Shown: positions 48,669 to 58,138 of the stretch, piece by piece
Layout: every line of letters starts with the position of its first letter
How positions within the stretch are numbered: the first letter of the stretch is position 1
From: Arcobacteraceae bacterium
Lineage (GTDB): Bacteria; Campylobacterota; Campylobacteria; Campylobacterales; Arcobacteraceae
DNA: 64,000 nt
Direction: 5' to 3'
Assembly: GCA_963662945.1 (NCBI GenBank)
Contig: OY759974.1
Span: forward strand, 2,080,001 to 2,144,000
Program-made: the position numbers and the translations under genes
The notes under the pieces: generated by a model
What the model saw: the letters and a program-made list of their open reading frames with translations, nothing else
What the model was told of the DNA's origin: nothing
The model's database searches: none

Positions 48669-50069
48669 CTATAATTCCTTTATATAGTTTATAATTTTAT
48701 TTCGTTGATTTTCGGTTAAGCTCATAAAATCATTTTTGATTTGTAAAGCTTCGCCTGCGTGCCATAAAATAGCTTCTTCAATAGTTTTTGCTCTTCCATC
48801 ATGTAAAAATTCAGGTTCTTTCCCTAAAGTTAATTTATGTTTTCCTATTCCCCAAAGTGGAGCAGTTCTCCATTCATTTTTATTTGCTTTGAACTCCACT
48901 CTTCCATCACTTAAACCTTCACCCATATCGTGCAGTAACATATCTGTAAATGGTTTTATCACATAGCCAGAGTTCAGAGTATACGAAGGGATATGGCACT
49001 TTACACAACCAATTTGTGCAAAAAGTTTTTCCCCTTCAAGTTCTGTTATAGTTGATTTTGGAATTTTTAAATTTTTTAAATAAAATGCAATAGATTCCAG
49101 TCTATGCATTGGCAAATCAAAAGGTGTGCCAGCTCTTAATGTATCTCCTTTTGGAGCTTTGAGACAATTTTCTTGGGAGCTTGTACAGTTCTCATTTGGG
49201 AATAGGGGAGTTGTGAGACTCATATCATTATGGGCTGCTGCTGCACTTTGGTGTATCACTGATGGTGCTGAAGCTTTATAAGTATATCTTCCAACTTTAA
49301 AAGTTTTTTCAGATGGACTATAGACAATATTTGCTTTTCCTGATATTCCATCATTATTTTTATCTTCTATATCTTCATTTTTTAAGATTTGTTCATCGCT
49401 TAATTGTTCTAAAAGTCCCAAACCTAGAAGGGCAGGGGCAAGTCTAGAAGATAGTGAAACTTTTTCATTCATCTTTCCATAGTTTAAATGGGTAAGTTGA
49501 TTTTCAACTCCATGAAATGGTTGTTTTAGTGTAACTATTTTTCCATCTGGATAGGTTACTTTGATATCTTTATATGCTATAAGTGGCTTTGCTTCAAAAG
49601 GTACATCTTGTGAACCATTGATACTTATTTGTGAACCATAGGTTTCTTCACTTACAAAACCATTGTATTTGAGCATATCTTGATGTTGTTTTGAACCATT
49701 TGAGGGAATTGAAACTCTTAATATATATGATCTTGATATAGAACCATTTTCATTATAAAGTGAGCCTTTGCCATTTTTTGGATGACAGCTAATACAGGTA
49801 TTTGCATTGAAAAGTGGACCTAGTCCATCTCTTGCAGTTGTAGCACTTGGTGCTTCTACCCAAGGGATTCTATAAAAACTTTTTCCTTCTATAAACTTAT
49901 CTATTTGTTCATCATTTAAACCTGAGACTTGTTGTGAAAAAATATTTTTAGAAGAGTTTGTTGTTGTATAAATCTTATCAAGTTTTTCTTGTATTGTTTC
50001 ATTTGATAGAAGTGCAGTGGTAAAAACCACTGTACTTAAAAGAAAACTATATTTTAGTTTCTTCTGCAT
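48669..50069 (-). CDS. di-haem oxidoreductase (DHOR/DUF1111)
   Basis: ARDGLGPLFNANTCISCH, CVKCH, LLHDMG, EWRTAPLWG, LHDGRA. Confidence 0.93.
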   Translation of the reverse strand: MQKKLKYSFLLSTVVFTTALLSNETIQEKLDKIYTTTNSSKNIFSQQVSGLNDEQIDKFIEGKSFYRIPWVEAPSATTARDGLGPLFNANTCISCHPKNGKGSLYNENGSISRSYILRVSIPSNGSKQHQDMLKYNGFVSEETYGSQISINGSQDVPFEAKPLIAYKDIKVTYPDGKIVTLKQPFHGVENQLTHLNYGKMNEKVSLSSRLAPALLGLGLLEQLSDEQILKNEDIEDKNNDGISGKANIVYSPSEKTFKVGRYTYKASAPSVIHQSAAAAHNDMSLTTPLFPNENCTSSQENCLKAPKGDTLRAGTPFDLPMHRLESIAFYLKNLKIPKSTITELEGEKLFAQIGCVKCHIPSYTLNSGYVIKPFTDMLLHDMGEGLSDGRVEFKANKNEWRTAPLWGIGKHKLTLGKEPEFLHDGRAKTIEEAILWHAGEALQIKNDFMSLTENQRNKIINYIKEL

Positions 50070-51384
50070 CTGTTACATCTTCAACTGATAATTTGATACC
50101 ATTTGCACCAGCAATATCTACCATTTTATCACCTAATTTTCGTAATTCATTTTTTAGTTTTACGATTACTTTAGCTTGTGGATCAGTTGGATGAATCTGA
50201 TAATCAAAATGTCTACTTGTTTGAGCAATTGCATTGATTGATTCAATTTTAGATTCAATTTGACCTAAAAGTTCTAGTATCTCTTTTTTAGCTTCAACAG
50301 ACAAAGCATCTATAGGAGCTGTTCCATAATCTACACCTTTATATGTTCCCATAAGAAGATTTTTAAATCCTTGATAGTTTGTAGCAATATCTCTATGAGT
50401 ATTATCACTAAAACAACTATGCTCATCCTCTTCACTAGGAGTTAAAACAGCAACTGCAATTCTTTCATTTGCTAGTTCTGATTTTATAAATACACCCATC
50501 CCTGCAAAAATTTGTTTTAAGGCTTCATTTTGAGCAATGTTTTTTGAACTATCACTATTTATTCCTAATATTGCAGCTCTATAGTTTGTCATATCTCCTG
50601 TTTTCCAAGCATCTGAAATGATTGTTAAATCATCAACAATTTTTTGAGCACTAGCTTTTAGGTAAGCTAATCTTCTCTGTGCATTTTTATCTGTAGTAAA
50701 GTCACTTAAAGGTCGCTGACCTGCAGTTAAAGCACCTTTTGTAATTGAATCTTTTACAAAGTTACTATAATCTTGATCTTGTCCCCAAAGTAAAAATTCA
50801 ACAGCATGGTATCCTGTAGCTACATTTGCTTCCCCACCATTTTCATTAAGTGCTGTTATTGCATCAACTGTGATATTTGTCACATCTACACTTGAACTTC
50901 CTTCACCACCTGGGTTGAATTTACCTTTTGTATCTATGATATTTCCTGATGTTTTAGCACCTTTTGCATCAATAGTATAATCAATCATATTTTCATCCAA
51001 TGGCCAAGCATTGATTTGTCCCTCTAGTGCACCATAAGTTTCTGCTACCCAACCTTCTTCTGCATCAATAGGACCATTAGAAAGTCTAAAAGCTTCAGTT
51101 AAACCATAAGATTCTCTAGAGATTAACCAAGCGGCTTTTGCTTCCACTAAAGTATCTTCTGTTGGATTTGCTGTGAATTTATCAATAGCTATTTGTAAAA
51201 GTTTTGCATCATTTAAGGCATCTTTATAGTTGTCTTTAGCAATATTTGCATAAGTTTCTAACAGTGATGGTTCATTTTGTATTTTGGCAGTTGATGGATT
51301 ATTTCCAGTACAACCACTTAAAGCTAAAATAGCAGCAAAGCTTAGTCCTGTAATCATTGTTTTTGTTGTTTTTATCATCATCAT
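50047..51384 (-). CDS. imelysin/IrpA-like iron-regulated lipoprotein
   Basis: Lipobox LSGC, INAWPLDE, GYHAVEFLLWGQD, EDEHSCFSDNT. Confidence 0.93.
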   Translation of the reverse strand: MMMIKTTKTMITGLSFAAILALSGCTGNNPSTAKIQNEPSLLETYANIAKDNYKDALNDAKLLQIAIDKFTANPTEDTLVEAKAAWLISRESYGLTEAFRLSNGPIDAEEGWVAETYGALEGQINAWPLDENMIDYTIDAKGAKTSGNIIDTKGKFNPGGEGSSSVDVTNITVDAITALNENGGEANVATGYHAVEFLLWGQDQDYSNFVKDSITKGALTAGQRPLSDFTTDKNAQRRLAYLKASAQKIVDDLTIISDAWKTGDMTNYRAAILGINSDSSKNIAQNEALKQIFAGMGVFIKSELANERIAVAVLTPSEEDEHSCFSDNTHRDIATNYQGFKNLLMGTYKGVDYGTAPIDALSVEAKKEILELLGQIESKIESINAIAQTSRHFDYQIHPTDPQAKVIVKLKNELRKLGDKMVDIAGANGIKLSVEDVTDAEETKI

Positions 51385-51389
51385 TCCTT

Positions 51390-51884
51390 TTATTTTGAGA
51401 CTAAAAAGCCAATTTCTTTATCAATTATATGTAAACCGCGACCCTCTAAACCTACAATATCCATCTTGTCAAGGATACCTTTGAATAGCGCTTCTTCTTC
51501 ATGTTGTTCACTTAAATACCATTGAAGAAAGTTAAATGTTGCATAATCTTTTTGTTCTAAAGTTAATTCAACTAATTCATTGATTCTACTTGTAATAAAA
51601 AGTTCATGTTTATATGTTTTTTCAAATACATCTTTAATATCTTTAAAAACAGTATCAGGAGCATCAATACCTGAAATAACCGCTTGTGAACCTGTTTCGT
51701 TGATATAATTGAATAACTTATACATATGTCCTAATTCTTCTTTTGAATGATCTGCTAGAAATTTTGCAGCACCATCTAGACCTTGTGCTTTACACCAAGA
51801 TGACATCGAAAGATATAAGTTTGAAGAGAAATGCTCCAAATTTATTTGATGATTTAATTTATCTAATACCTCTTTTTTTAACAT
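51390..51884 (-). CDS. ftnA: non-haem ferritin
   Basis: QINLEHFSSNLYLSM, EELGH, HELFIT, FLQWYLSEQHEEE. Confidence 0.96.
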   Translation of the reverse strand: MLKKEVLDKLNHQINLEHFSSNLYLSMSSWCKAQGLDGAAKFLADHSKEELGHMYKLFNYINETGSQAVISGIDAPDTVFKDIKDVFEKTYKHELFITSRINELVELTLEQKDYATFNFLQWYLSEQHEEEALFKGILDKMDIVGLEGRGLHIIDKEIGFLVSK

Positions 51885-51912
51885 TGGATTTTCCTTTATT
51901 TATGTTATAATA

Positions 51913-51979
51913 AAGTTCAATATTTTATTGAACACCACAAGTTAAAGATGTGTAGTTTGGCGGCTTACATCTTTAACTT
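51913..51979 (-). repeat. two-hairpin element, copy B (between porin and ferritin)
   Basis: GTTCAATA-TTT-TATTGAAC plus AAGTTAAAGATGT...ACATCTTTAACTT; homologous to 53137-53199. Confidence 0.85.
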
Positions 51980-51987
51980 TTTTTATT

Positions 51988-53097
51988 TTAGAAACTGTAA
52001 ACTAACTGTGCACTATAATAAGTACTATCATCGTTTGCAACATGAGCATCAATATCAGCAAATATTAAACTCACTGTAAAATTTTTATATAATTCTTTAT
52101 CAATTGTAAAGTTAAACTCTTTTTCTGTTTCGTCTACAGTTCCATTTTTATAGTCTGTTGAACCATAAATTGCTCCAAAATCAAATCCTGCTACACTATA
52201 GTTTGCACCTATATAGTAAGTATCAGCATCAGTTCCATAAACTTGATTTCCACTATCTAATGGATTGATATTTTCACCTAAAGCCTCAAGAGTACCAATT
52301 CCTCCATCTTTATCTGTAGTGATATATCCTGCATTGACACCAAATGTATCGTTTGCGTAACTTAAATCTACAGCAGCAATATTACCATCTACAGTTCCTG
52401 CAACATCTTCATCTGTTGTAGTGTATTTAGCAATAGCACCAAAACCATTCATATTAAAATCAATTTTCCCACCAACTGCACTAAATGTATCTTTAGCATC
52501 CATATAGTATGCACCTAATGCTAAATTATCATTGATTGTATAAGTTGCATCTATTACATAAGCACCATCACCATTTGTACCAATATCAGAAAACTTGTAA
52601 AGTGCTTCATCATTTGCACTTGCACTTACTTTATCAGTATAACCTACGATTAAAGTAGTATTTGGAATTGCAGTTATAACTCCAACAGCAGCTTCATGGT
52701 AGTCCGATATCCATTCTAAATCAATCTCTTGTCTACCAAGTGTAAGTGAAAACACATCATTTGCATATCCTACATTTGCAATATTTAACAATGCTTTTGG
52801 AACATCTCTACCATCTTCATAATCACCATTTTCTTTTTCATCAAGTTCAGTACTTGACATAAATCCAACAGCTGCTTTAAATCCATTAAGTGTATCTGTT
52901 TCATAGTTTATGTTGATATGTCCTAGACTATATCCACTGTCAGGTGTAGTTCCACCATTGTCGTTACTTACAGTATACGCTGAAATTTCTCCACTTGTTT
53001 TTCCATTTTTAAATGCATCTTCTAAAGTATTGCTATCAGCTACTAAATTACTTGTAAGTAATGCTGCTGTTAATATGCTTAAGTTGATTTTTTTCAT
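51988..53097 (-). CDS. Opr/OprD-like outer-membrane porin
   Basis: Signal peptide, LEDAFKNGKTSGE, GRQEIDLEW, terminal YSF. Confidence 0.88.
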   Translation of the reverse strand: MKKINLSILTAALLTSNLVADSNTLEDAFKNGKTSGEISAYTVSNDNGGTTPDSGYSLGHININYETDTLNGFKAAVGFMSSTELDEKENGDYEDGRDVPKALLNIANVGYANDVFSLTLGRQEIDLEWISDYHEAAVGVITAIPNTTLIVGYTDKVSASANDEALYKFSDIGTNGDGAYVIDATYTINDNLALGAYYMDAKDTFSAVGGKIDFNMNGFGAIAKYTTTDEDVAGTVDGNIAAVDLSYANDTFGVNAGYITTDKDGGIGTLEALGENINPLDSGNQVYGTDADTYYIGANYSVAGFDFGAIYGSTDYKNGTVDETEKEFNFTIDKELYKNFTVSLIFADIDAHVANDDSTYYSAQLVYSF

Positions 53098-53136
53098 TTG
53101 ATTCTCTTTCCTTTTATATCAATTCATCGATTTTGT

Positions 53137-53199
53137 AAGTTCAATATTTTATTGAACGCCATTATTAAAGATATGTAATTTGACGGCTGTATCTTTAAT
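53137..53199 (-). repeat. two-hairpin element, copy A (upstream of porin)
   Basis: GTTCAATA-TTT-TATTGAAC plus ATTAAAGATA...TATCTTTAAT. Confidence 0.85.
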
Positions 53200-53221
53200 G
53201 TGTGAAATTTCCCTTTTTGAT

Positions 53222-53311
53222 TTAATTAGTAAGGTGTTTATGTCTATAATGAATTCCATTTACCTTTGAATTTTTTTTAAGAAAATTAAAAAACTGTCGT
53301 AAAAAGTTCAT
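53222..53311 (-). CDS. unannotated 29-aa small ORF / leader peptide
   Basis: AGAAAGGAG RBS 9 nt before ATG; MNFLRQFFNFLKKNSKVNGIHYRHKHLTN*. Confidence 0.6.
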   Translation of the reverse strand: MNFLRQFFNFLKKNSKVNGIHYRHKHLTN

Positions 53312-53361
53312 AACAATTAACTCCTTTCTAATTAAATTAAACAATGAAATTATAATTATAT

Positions 53362-53433
53362 TAATATTCATTATCAATATGAAATCTTATTATAAATATT
53401 CTTAATTATTTCTTATATTGATAGTTATTATCA
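53362..53433. promoter_or_regulatory. Fur boxes in the divergent porin/CDF promoter
   Basis: TGATAGT-T-ATTATCA (53419-53433) and TAATATT-C-ATTATCA (53362-53376) versus consensus TGATAAT-N-ATTATCA. Confidence 0.75.
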
Positions 53434-53549
53434 GTATTATTAAAATATTTATATCAATTTAAGTTAGAAATATATACTATACCTAGAATTTAGACTTATT
53501 GGAATACTAGTAGCATATAGTATTTTATATAATAACAGAGGAAAATATA

Positions 53550-54509
53550 ATGGAAAGTTGTAATTTTGGTTTAAATGAACATAAACCTTTTTTCAAAGAA
53601 GAGATGCACCATCACCATCATCATGAACATCACCATGGAGAACATACACATCATCACGAACATTCACACGATCATAGAGGTACAGACAAAAAAGTATTGA
53701 AAATTGCATTAACTATAACTTTTATTACAATGCTTGCTGAGTTTTTTTATGGTTTTTTATCACATTCTTTAGCACTGATTTCTGATGCTATACATATGTT
53801 TACACACTCATTTGCACTTATTATTTCACTTGTTGCAATTATTATTGCAAGTAAAGAAGCACCATTAGAGAAAACATTTGGATATTATAGAGCAGAAGTT
53901 CTTGCTGCATTTATAAATGGAATCACTATTATACTTTCGATTGTATGGATTTTATATGAAGCAGTTGATAGGTTTTTAAATCCACAAACCATAGATATAA
54001 AAACTGCAATGATTGTGGCTGTCATAGGACTTGTAGTAAATATTATTACAGGTGTTATTTTGATGCAAGGGGATAAAGATAATATCAATCTTAAATCTGC
54101 ATTTGTTCATATGTTAAGTGATGCTTTATCTTCAGTTGCGATTATTATTGGATATATTGTTATATCTTTTACAAATTGGTATTTTATAGATGTTATATTA
54201 GCTGTATTGGTTGCTTTTGTTATTGGAAGATGGGCTGTTGATGTTTTAAAACATTCTATCAATACTTTAATGGAAAGTTCCCCTATAGATATAGAAGAGG
54301 TAAAACAGTATATTGAGCAACATAAAGAGGTAATCGAGTTACACGATGTACATATTTGGGAGATAACACAAGATATGTATAATATGACAGCACATGTGAA
54401 GATTGAAAAAAGTTCTTTAGAAAATTATGAAGAGCTTTTAAAACAGTTAAACAATCAATTACAAGAGAAGTTTAAAATTGTACATACTACCTTTCAGTTT
54501 GAATGGTAG
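53550..54509 (+). CDS. CDF (CzcD/ZitB-like) metal transporter
   Basis: His-rich N-terminus, SLALISDAIHM, TFGYYRAE, HMLSD, LHDVHIW, HTTFQFE. Confidence 0.95.
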   Translation: MESCNFGLNEHKPFFKEEMHHHHHHEHHHGEHTHHHEHSHDHRGTDKKVLKIALTITFITMLAEFFYGFLSHSLALISDAIHMFTHSFALIISLVAIIIASKEAPLEKTFGYYRAEVLAAFINGITIILSIVWILYEAVDRFLNPQTIDIKTAMIVAVIGLVVNIITGVILMQGDKDNINLKSAFVHMLSDALSSVAIIIGYIVISFTNWYFIDVILAVLVAFVIGRWAVDVLKHSINTLMESSPIDIEEVKQYIEQHKEVIELHDVHIWEITQDMYNMTAHVKIEKSSLENYEELLKQLNNQLQEKFKIVHTTFQFEW

Positions 54510-54519
54510 TATACTATTT

Positions 54520-54984
54520 TTATAATGATTTGTTTTGACAATTTTTACATATGCCATACAACATCATAGTATGGCTTTGAAGTAAAAAACCATTTTCTAT
54601 TGCCACGAGTTCTTGTATTTTTTCAACTTCAGCATCATAAAACTCAACAATTTTTCCACACTCCACACATACCATATGGTCATGATGAGAGGTCAGTGTT
54701 AATTCATAAACTTTACTTTCAAAACCATCTATGGATATCCCTGTGACCGTATTAAGTTCTTCAAGTAAATTTAGAATTCTATAAACAGTTGCAATTCCAA
54801 TATTTATATTATAAGTACTTTTGACTCTTTTTGCCACATCTTCAGCACTAATATGTTTATCACAATCAAATAATATTTTTAATACATATTCTCTTTGATT
54901 TGAATTATTTAATCCTAATGATTTAATAGTTCTTCTAAATTTTAATATATATTCATCATAAGATACTGTTAAATTTTTTTTCAT
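54520..54984 (-). CDS. fur: Fur-family regulator
   Basis: IATVYRIL, HHDHMVCVECG, YGICKNC; ATG 54984 follows AAAGG. Confidence 0.88.
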   Translation of the reverse strand: MKKNLTVSYDEYILKFRRTIKSLGLNNSNQREYVLKILFDCDKHISAEDVAKRVKSTYNINIGIATVYRILNLLEELNTVTGISIDGFESKVYELTLTSHHDHMVCVECGKIVEFYDAEVEKIQELVAIENGFLLQSHTMMLYGICKNCQNKSL

Positions 54985-55030
54985 ATTGAAACCTTTAATA
55001 ATCATTCTAAAGTAAGTCAATTATCAATTG

Positions 55031-55098
55031 TGATAATTAATATCAAAATATTAACAGAGAGTAACTTTATTTAATCTTAATACTGATAATAGTTATCA
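55031..55098. promoter_or_regulatory. Fur boxes upstream of fur
   Basis: TGATAATTAATATCA (55031-55045) and TGATAATAGTTATCA (55084-55098). Confidence 0.75.
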
Positions 55099-55134
55099 AA
55101 AATATTAATATATTTAATGTAAGTGCTTTTGAAA

Positions 55135-57291
55135 TTAAAAAATAACTTTCATATTAAATGTAAAACTTCGTGGAGAACCTACATAATAATTTGTAGTGTC
55201 TTCTAAGATATCCGCACTTCCTACACTTGCAACATATTTTTCATTGAAAATATTTAATAACGATAGTTGTAATGAGAGTTCTTTTGCAAAATTTAATTTC
55301 TTATATGTATATCCATACGACAAATCAAAAGTTACATAATCATCTATTTTTTCTTTATTTTCAATATCAGCATATCTCTCCCCTATGTATCTTCCATTGA
55401 GTGAAAATAGATGATTATCTATTTTGTAAGTTGTTCCTGCTTTTAAAGTGAATTTAGGAGTCTCAGCTACTTCATTTCCTTTGAGGTTATATTGAGTTCC
55501 TGAGTAATCTATATTACTCTTTACTTCACTAAATGTTAGTGCTGGATTGATAAAAAACCATAGATTAGGTGTAGGTTCAATACTGCTTTGTATTTGAGTT
55601 CCGTACACTACTGCTTTACCTATGTTTTGAAGATAATCGATACCAACAGTAGGGTCATATGCCGAACTTAATAAATCATCATGGATATTGTAAAATAAAC
55701 TTAAAGTCGCTTCCCCTTTTTCAAAATATTTTCTGATTCCTACATCAATAAGATCAGAAGTTTCCATATCCCAAGACTCGACAACTGATTGGAGAGTTTT
55801 CCCTTGTGCAAGTAGCTTTGTTCTTAATCCATTTTTGTTAGCAGCATATTGTGCAGCAAAAGAGTATCTATATGGTCTTTGATATCCTTTCCCCCATTTT
55901 GCAAAAAACTCTGTAGCTTCATCAATCTCATATCTAGCCCCAATAGTTGGAAGTAAAAGATTATATTTCATTTCATCTACACTTCCTCCAGGTGCAATTG
56001 TTCCTCGACTAATTGCAATATCATAATCTGATTCTAAATTATTTCCTAGATATGTATCGTTTGCAGCTTCTTTATAGTAAAGATATCGAAGACCAGCTTC
56101 GATTTTTAGTTTCTTGAAATTTTTACTAGCTGAGATATATGGAGAAATAAGATCTGTAGCTCCATGGTTTTTATTAAGCCATTTCCAACCTTGATGAACT
56201 CTAGCAGGTGTAGTAGAAACCTTTCGCACATATTTTTCAAGCCAACTACGTTCTAACCATATACCACTTTCCATGCTAAAACTGTTAAAATCATACTTTG
56301 AATCCAATTGAAATCCAACGCGTTTTGCATCTACTTGTCCATATCCATCCCCTTCATCACTTTTTTCATCATACCCTGAACCGTAAATTTTTAAAAGAGA
56401 ATCTGTTCCAAAAAGTTTTTGTTTAAGTGACAATTGAAGATCATCATAACTTGAATCTGTTTTCCAATAATCATAATAGTCAATTGCATTTGGATTATTA
56501 GATTGGTAATCTTTGTTGTAGTTTGCATTAAGATTTAAAATTTCATTATAGGTAAGTCCCATAAAATTATGTTTTTTTTGTTCATTGTGAGAGTAAAATA
56601 TTTCTATTGGGAAAGTTTCATTACCTGTATTTACCCCAATAGCTAAATTTCTTTTTTCTCCTAAATCACCTTTGCCTTTCCATTTTTTTGCATTTGCTTG
56701 ACTCATTGAGATAAAAGCTTTGGAATAATCATCTATTTTTCCAGTATCAGCCCGTAAAAATAGTTTGTAAAAATCATCTTCACCCATACTTAGTGAAAGT
56801 TCCCCTTGTGTTACATCAGAGGGTCTTTTAAAAATAAGATTTATGAGTCCAGCTTTACTTCCTACACCACTTCCAGAACTTGGATTTAAAGCACCATTAT
56901 AGTGTTCAATAGTTTCTAGATTTTCTAGATCATAAATCCCTTGTCTTGGGCCTATGGGACGAATAGAATAGTTTGGAACCCCCTCTAAACTTATTGCCAT
57001 AAAGTTGTCATCTACTCCACGACTTCTTGCACTAGTTTCACCTAATCCGTATGGATCTTGAGTCTCTACTATAAATCCAGGTTCAATATCAAGGGTTTTA
57101 TAGATAGAAGATTTTGCTTTATTAGAATAAAGATCAATACCATTACTTTTAATCTCATTTTTTTCTCTTAAAGGATTACTATCTTGTGTTGTAGGATTTT
57201 CTGGTTGGTATCCAATAACTGTTATAGGGGCAAGATCTACAGCAAAAAGTGCAGTGCTTGTAAAGATCAATGTAAAAATTTGCTTTTGCAT
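55135..57291 (-). CDS. TonB-dependent receptor
   Basis: Signal peptide, ITVIG TonB-box-like segment, plug domain, NIFNEKY...GSPRSF...F terminus. Confidence 0.92.
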   Translation of the reverse strand: MQKQIFTLIFTSTALFAVDLAPITVIGYQPENPTTQDSNPLREKNEIKSNGIDLYSNKAKSSIYKTLDIEPGFIVETQDPYGLGETSARSRGVDDNFMAISLEGVPNYSIRPIGPRQGIYDLENLETIEHYNGALNPSSGSGVGSKAGLINLIFKRPSDVTQGELSLSMGEDDFYKLFLRADTGKIDDYSKAFISMSQANAKKWKGKGDLGEKRNLAIGVNTGNETFPIEIFYSHNEQKKHNFMGLTYNEILNLNANYNKDYQSNNPNAIDYYDYWKTDSSYDDLQLSLKQKLFGTDSLLKIYGSGYDEKSDEGDGYGQVDAKRVGFQLDSKYDFNSFSMESGIWLERSWLEKYVRKVSTTPARVHQGWKWLNKNHGATDLISPYISASKNFKKLKIEAGLRYLYYKEAANDTYLGNNLESDYDIAISRGTIAPGGSVDEMKYNLLLPTIGARYEIDEATEFFAKWGKGYQRPYRYSFAAQYAANKNGLRTKLLAQGKTLQSVVESWDMETSDLIDVGIRKYFEKGEATLSLFYNIHDDLLSSAYDPTVGIDYLQNIGKAVVYGTQIQSSIEPTPNLWFFINPALTFSEVKSNIDYSGTQYNLKGNEVAETPKFTLKAGTTYKIDNHLFSLNGRYIGERYADIENKEKIDDYVTFDLSYGYTYKKLNFAKELSLQLSLLNIFNEKYVASVGSADILEDTTNYYVGSPRSFTFNMKVIF

Positions 57292-57364
57292 TATACATCC
57301 TTAGGATTTGATTTTTTGACAGAATATCAATTCTCTTTTAATTAAAGTATAAAAATATCGTTTC

Positions 57365-58138
57365 TTATATACTTTTAGGACTATTATTTTTCAAATGGTA
57401 AATATAACAAGGATTTTGAAAGACATCTTCAAGCTTATTTTGCTTAATAATTTCAGGAGAAAAGTTTTCTAAATAGGTGCTTGCAATGTGGGTAAAACCA
57501 ATATTATCAAGCCACAAAGGATAAACTCCTGCTGAAAAACCAGCAAGTATCACCATCTTTGCTTTTTTTGTAAATTGTAAAAGTGCATCAACTGTTGACC
57601 CAATAAGAGCAGCTCCTGTAATAACAACAATTGAAGCTTCACTTACTGCCTCATATTCAAAGATATCATTATAAACTTTGTTTTGTGAATCTGTTTTTGT
57701 TCTACAAAAAACAGTTACATCATATTTATTTTCTTTCAATTTATTAACAACAGGGGATAAATGTCCTATAAAAACTATCTTGTCAAGTTCATTACTATTT
57801 TTCATAATAAGTTTTGTAAGTTCTTCTCTAAGATTTTCTCTAAGTTCTAGTTTTTCTTTTGAAAGCGTATATTGTCCAATCGCATTAATAGTAGCAAGGG
57901 TTACAGCTCTTAAAGAGATATCATAGGTTTTTGATTGCAATATCTCTTTTATGGAAGAACATTGAATAGTTTCAAGTTGACCTTCCCCTTTAGGGGTAAG
58001 TGCTACTCCTGTAAAAATCTTTTTTTTATCACTAACTCTTACATAGGTAAGAAGATCACATATCTCAAAATCTATGAATTCTAAGTTATTTTCTTTTGCG
58101 CAGTTAAGGGCTTTATTTTTTAAATCGTCTAATATCAT
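57365..58138 (-). CDS. DUF364/Rossmann-like putative metal-binding protein
   Basis: LATINAI, IVFIGHL.P, VVITGAALIGST. Confidence 0.75.
   Translation of the reverse strand: MILDDLKNKALNCAKENNLEFIDFEICDLLTYVRVSDKKKIFTGVALTPKGEGQLETIQCSSIKEILQSKTYDISLRAVTLATINAIGQYTLSKEKLELRENLREELTKLIMKNSNELDKIVFIGHLSPVVNKLKENKYDVTVFCRTKTDSQNKVYNDIFEYEAVSEASIVVITGAALIGSTVDALLQFTKKAKMVILAGFSAGVYPLWLDNIGFTHIASTYLENFSPEIIKQNKLEDVFQNPCYIYHLKNNSPKSI

Noticed and set aside
51913-53199. CRISPR array or IS ends for the duplicated element
   Set aside because: Only two copies 1.2 kb apart in direct orientation, flanking a porin; no spacers, cas genes or transposase.
53606-53675. CAY-rich tandem repeat
   Set aside because: Explained by the His-rich N-terminus of the CDF protein.
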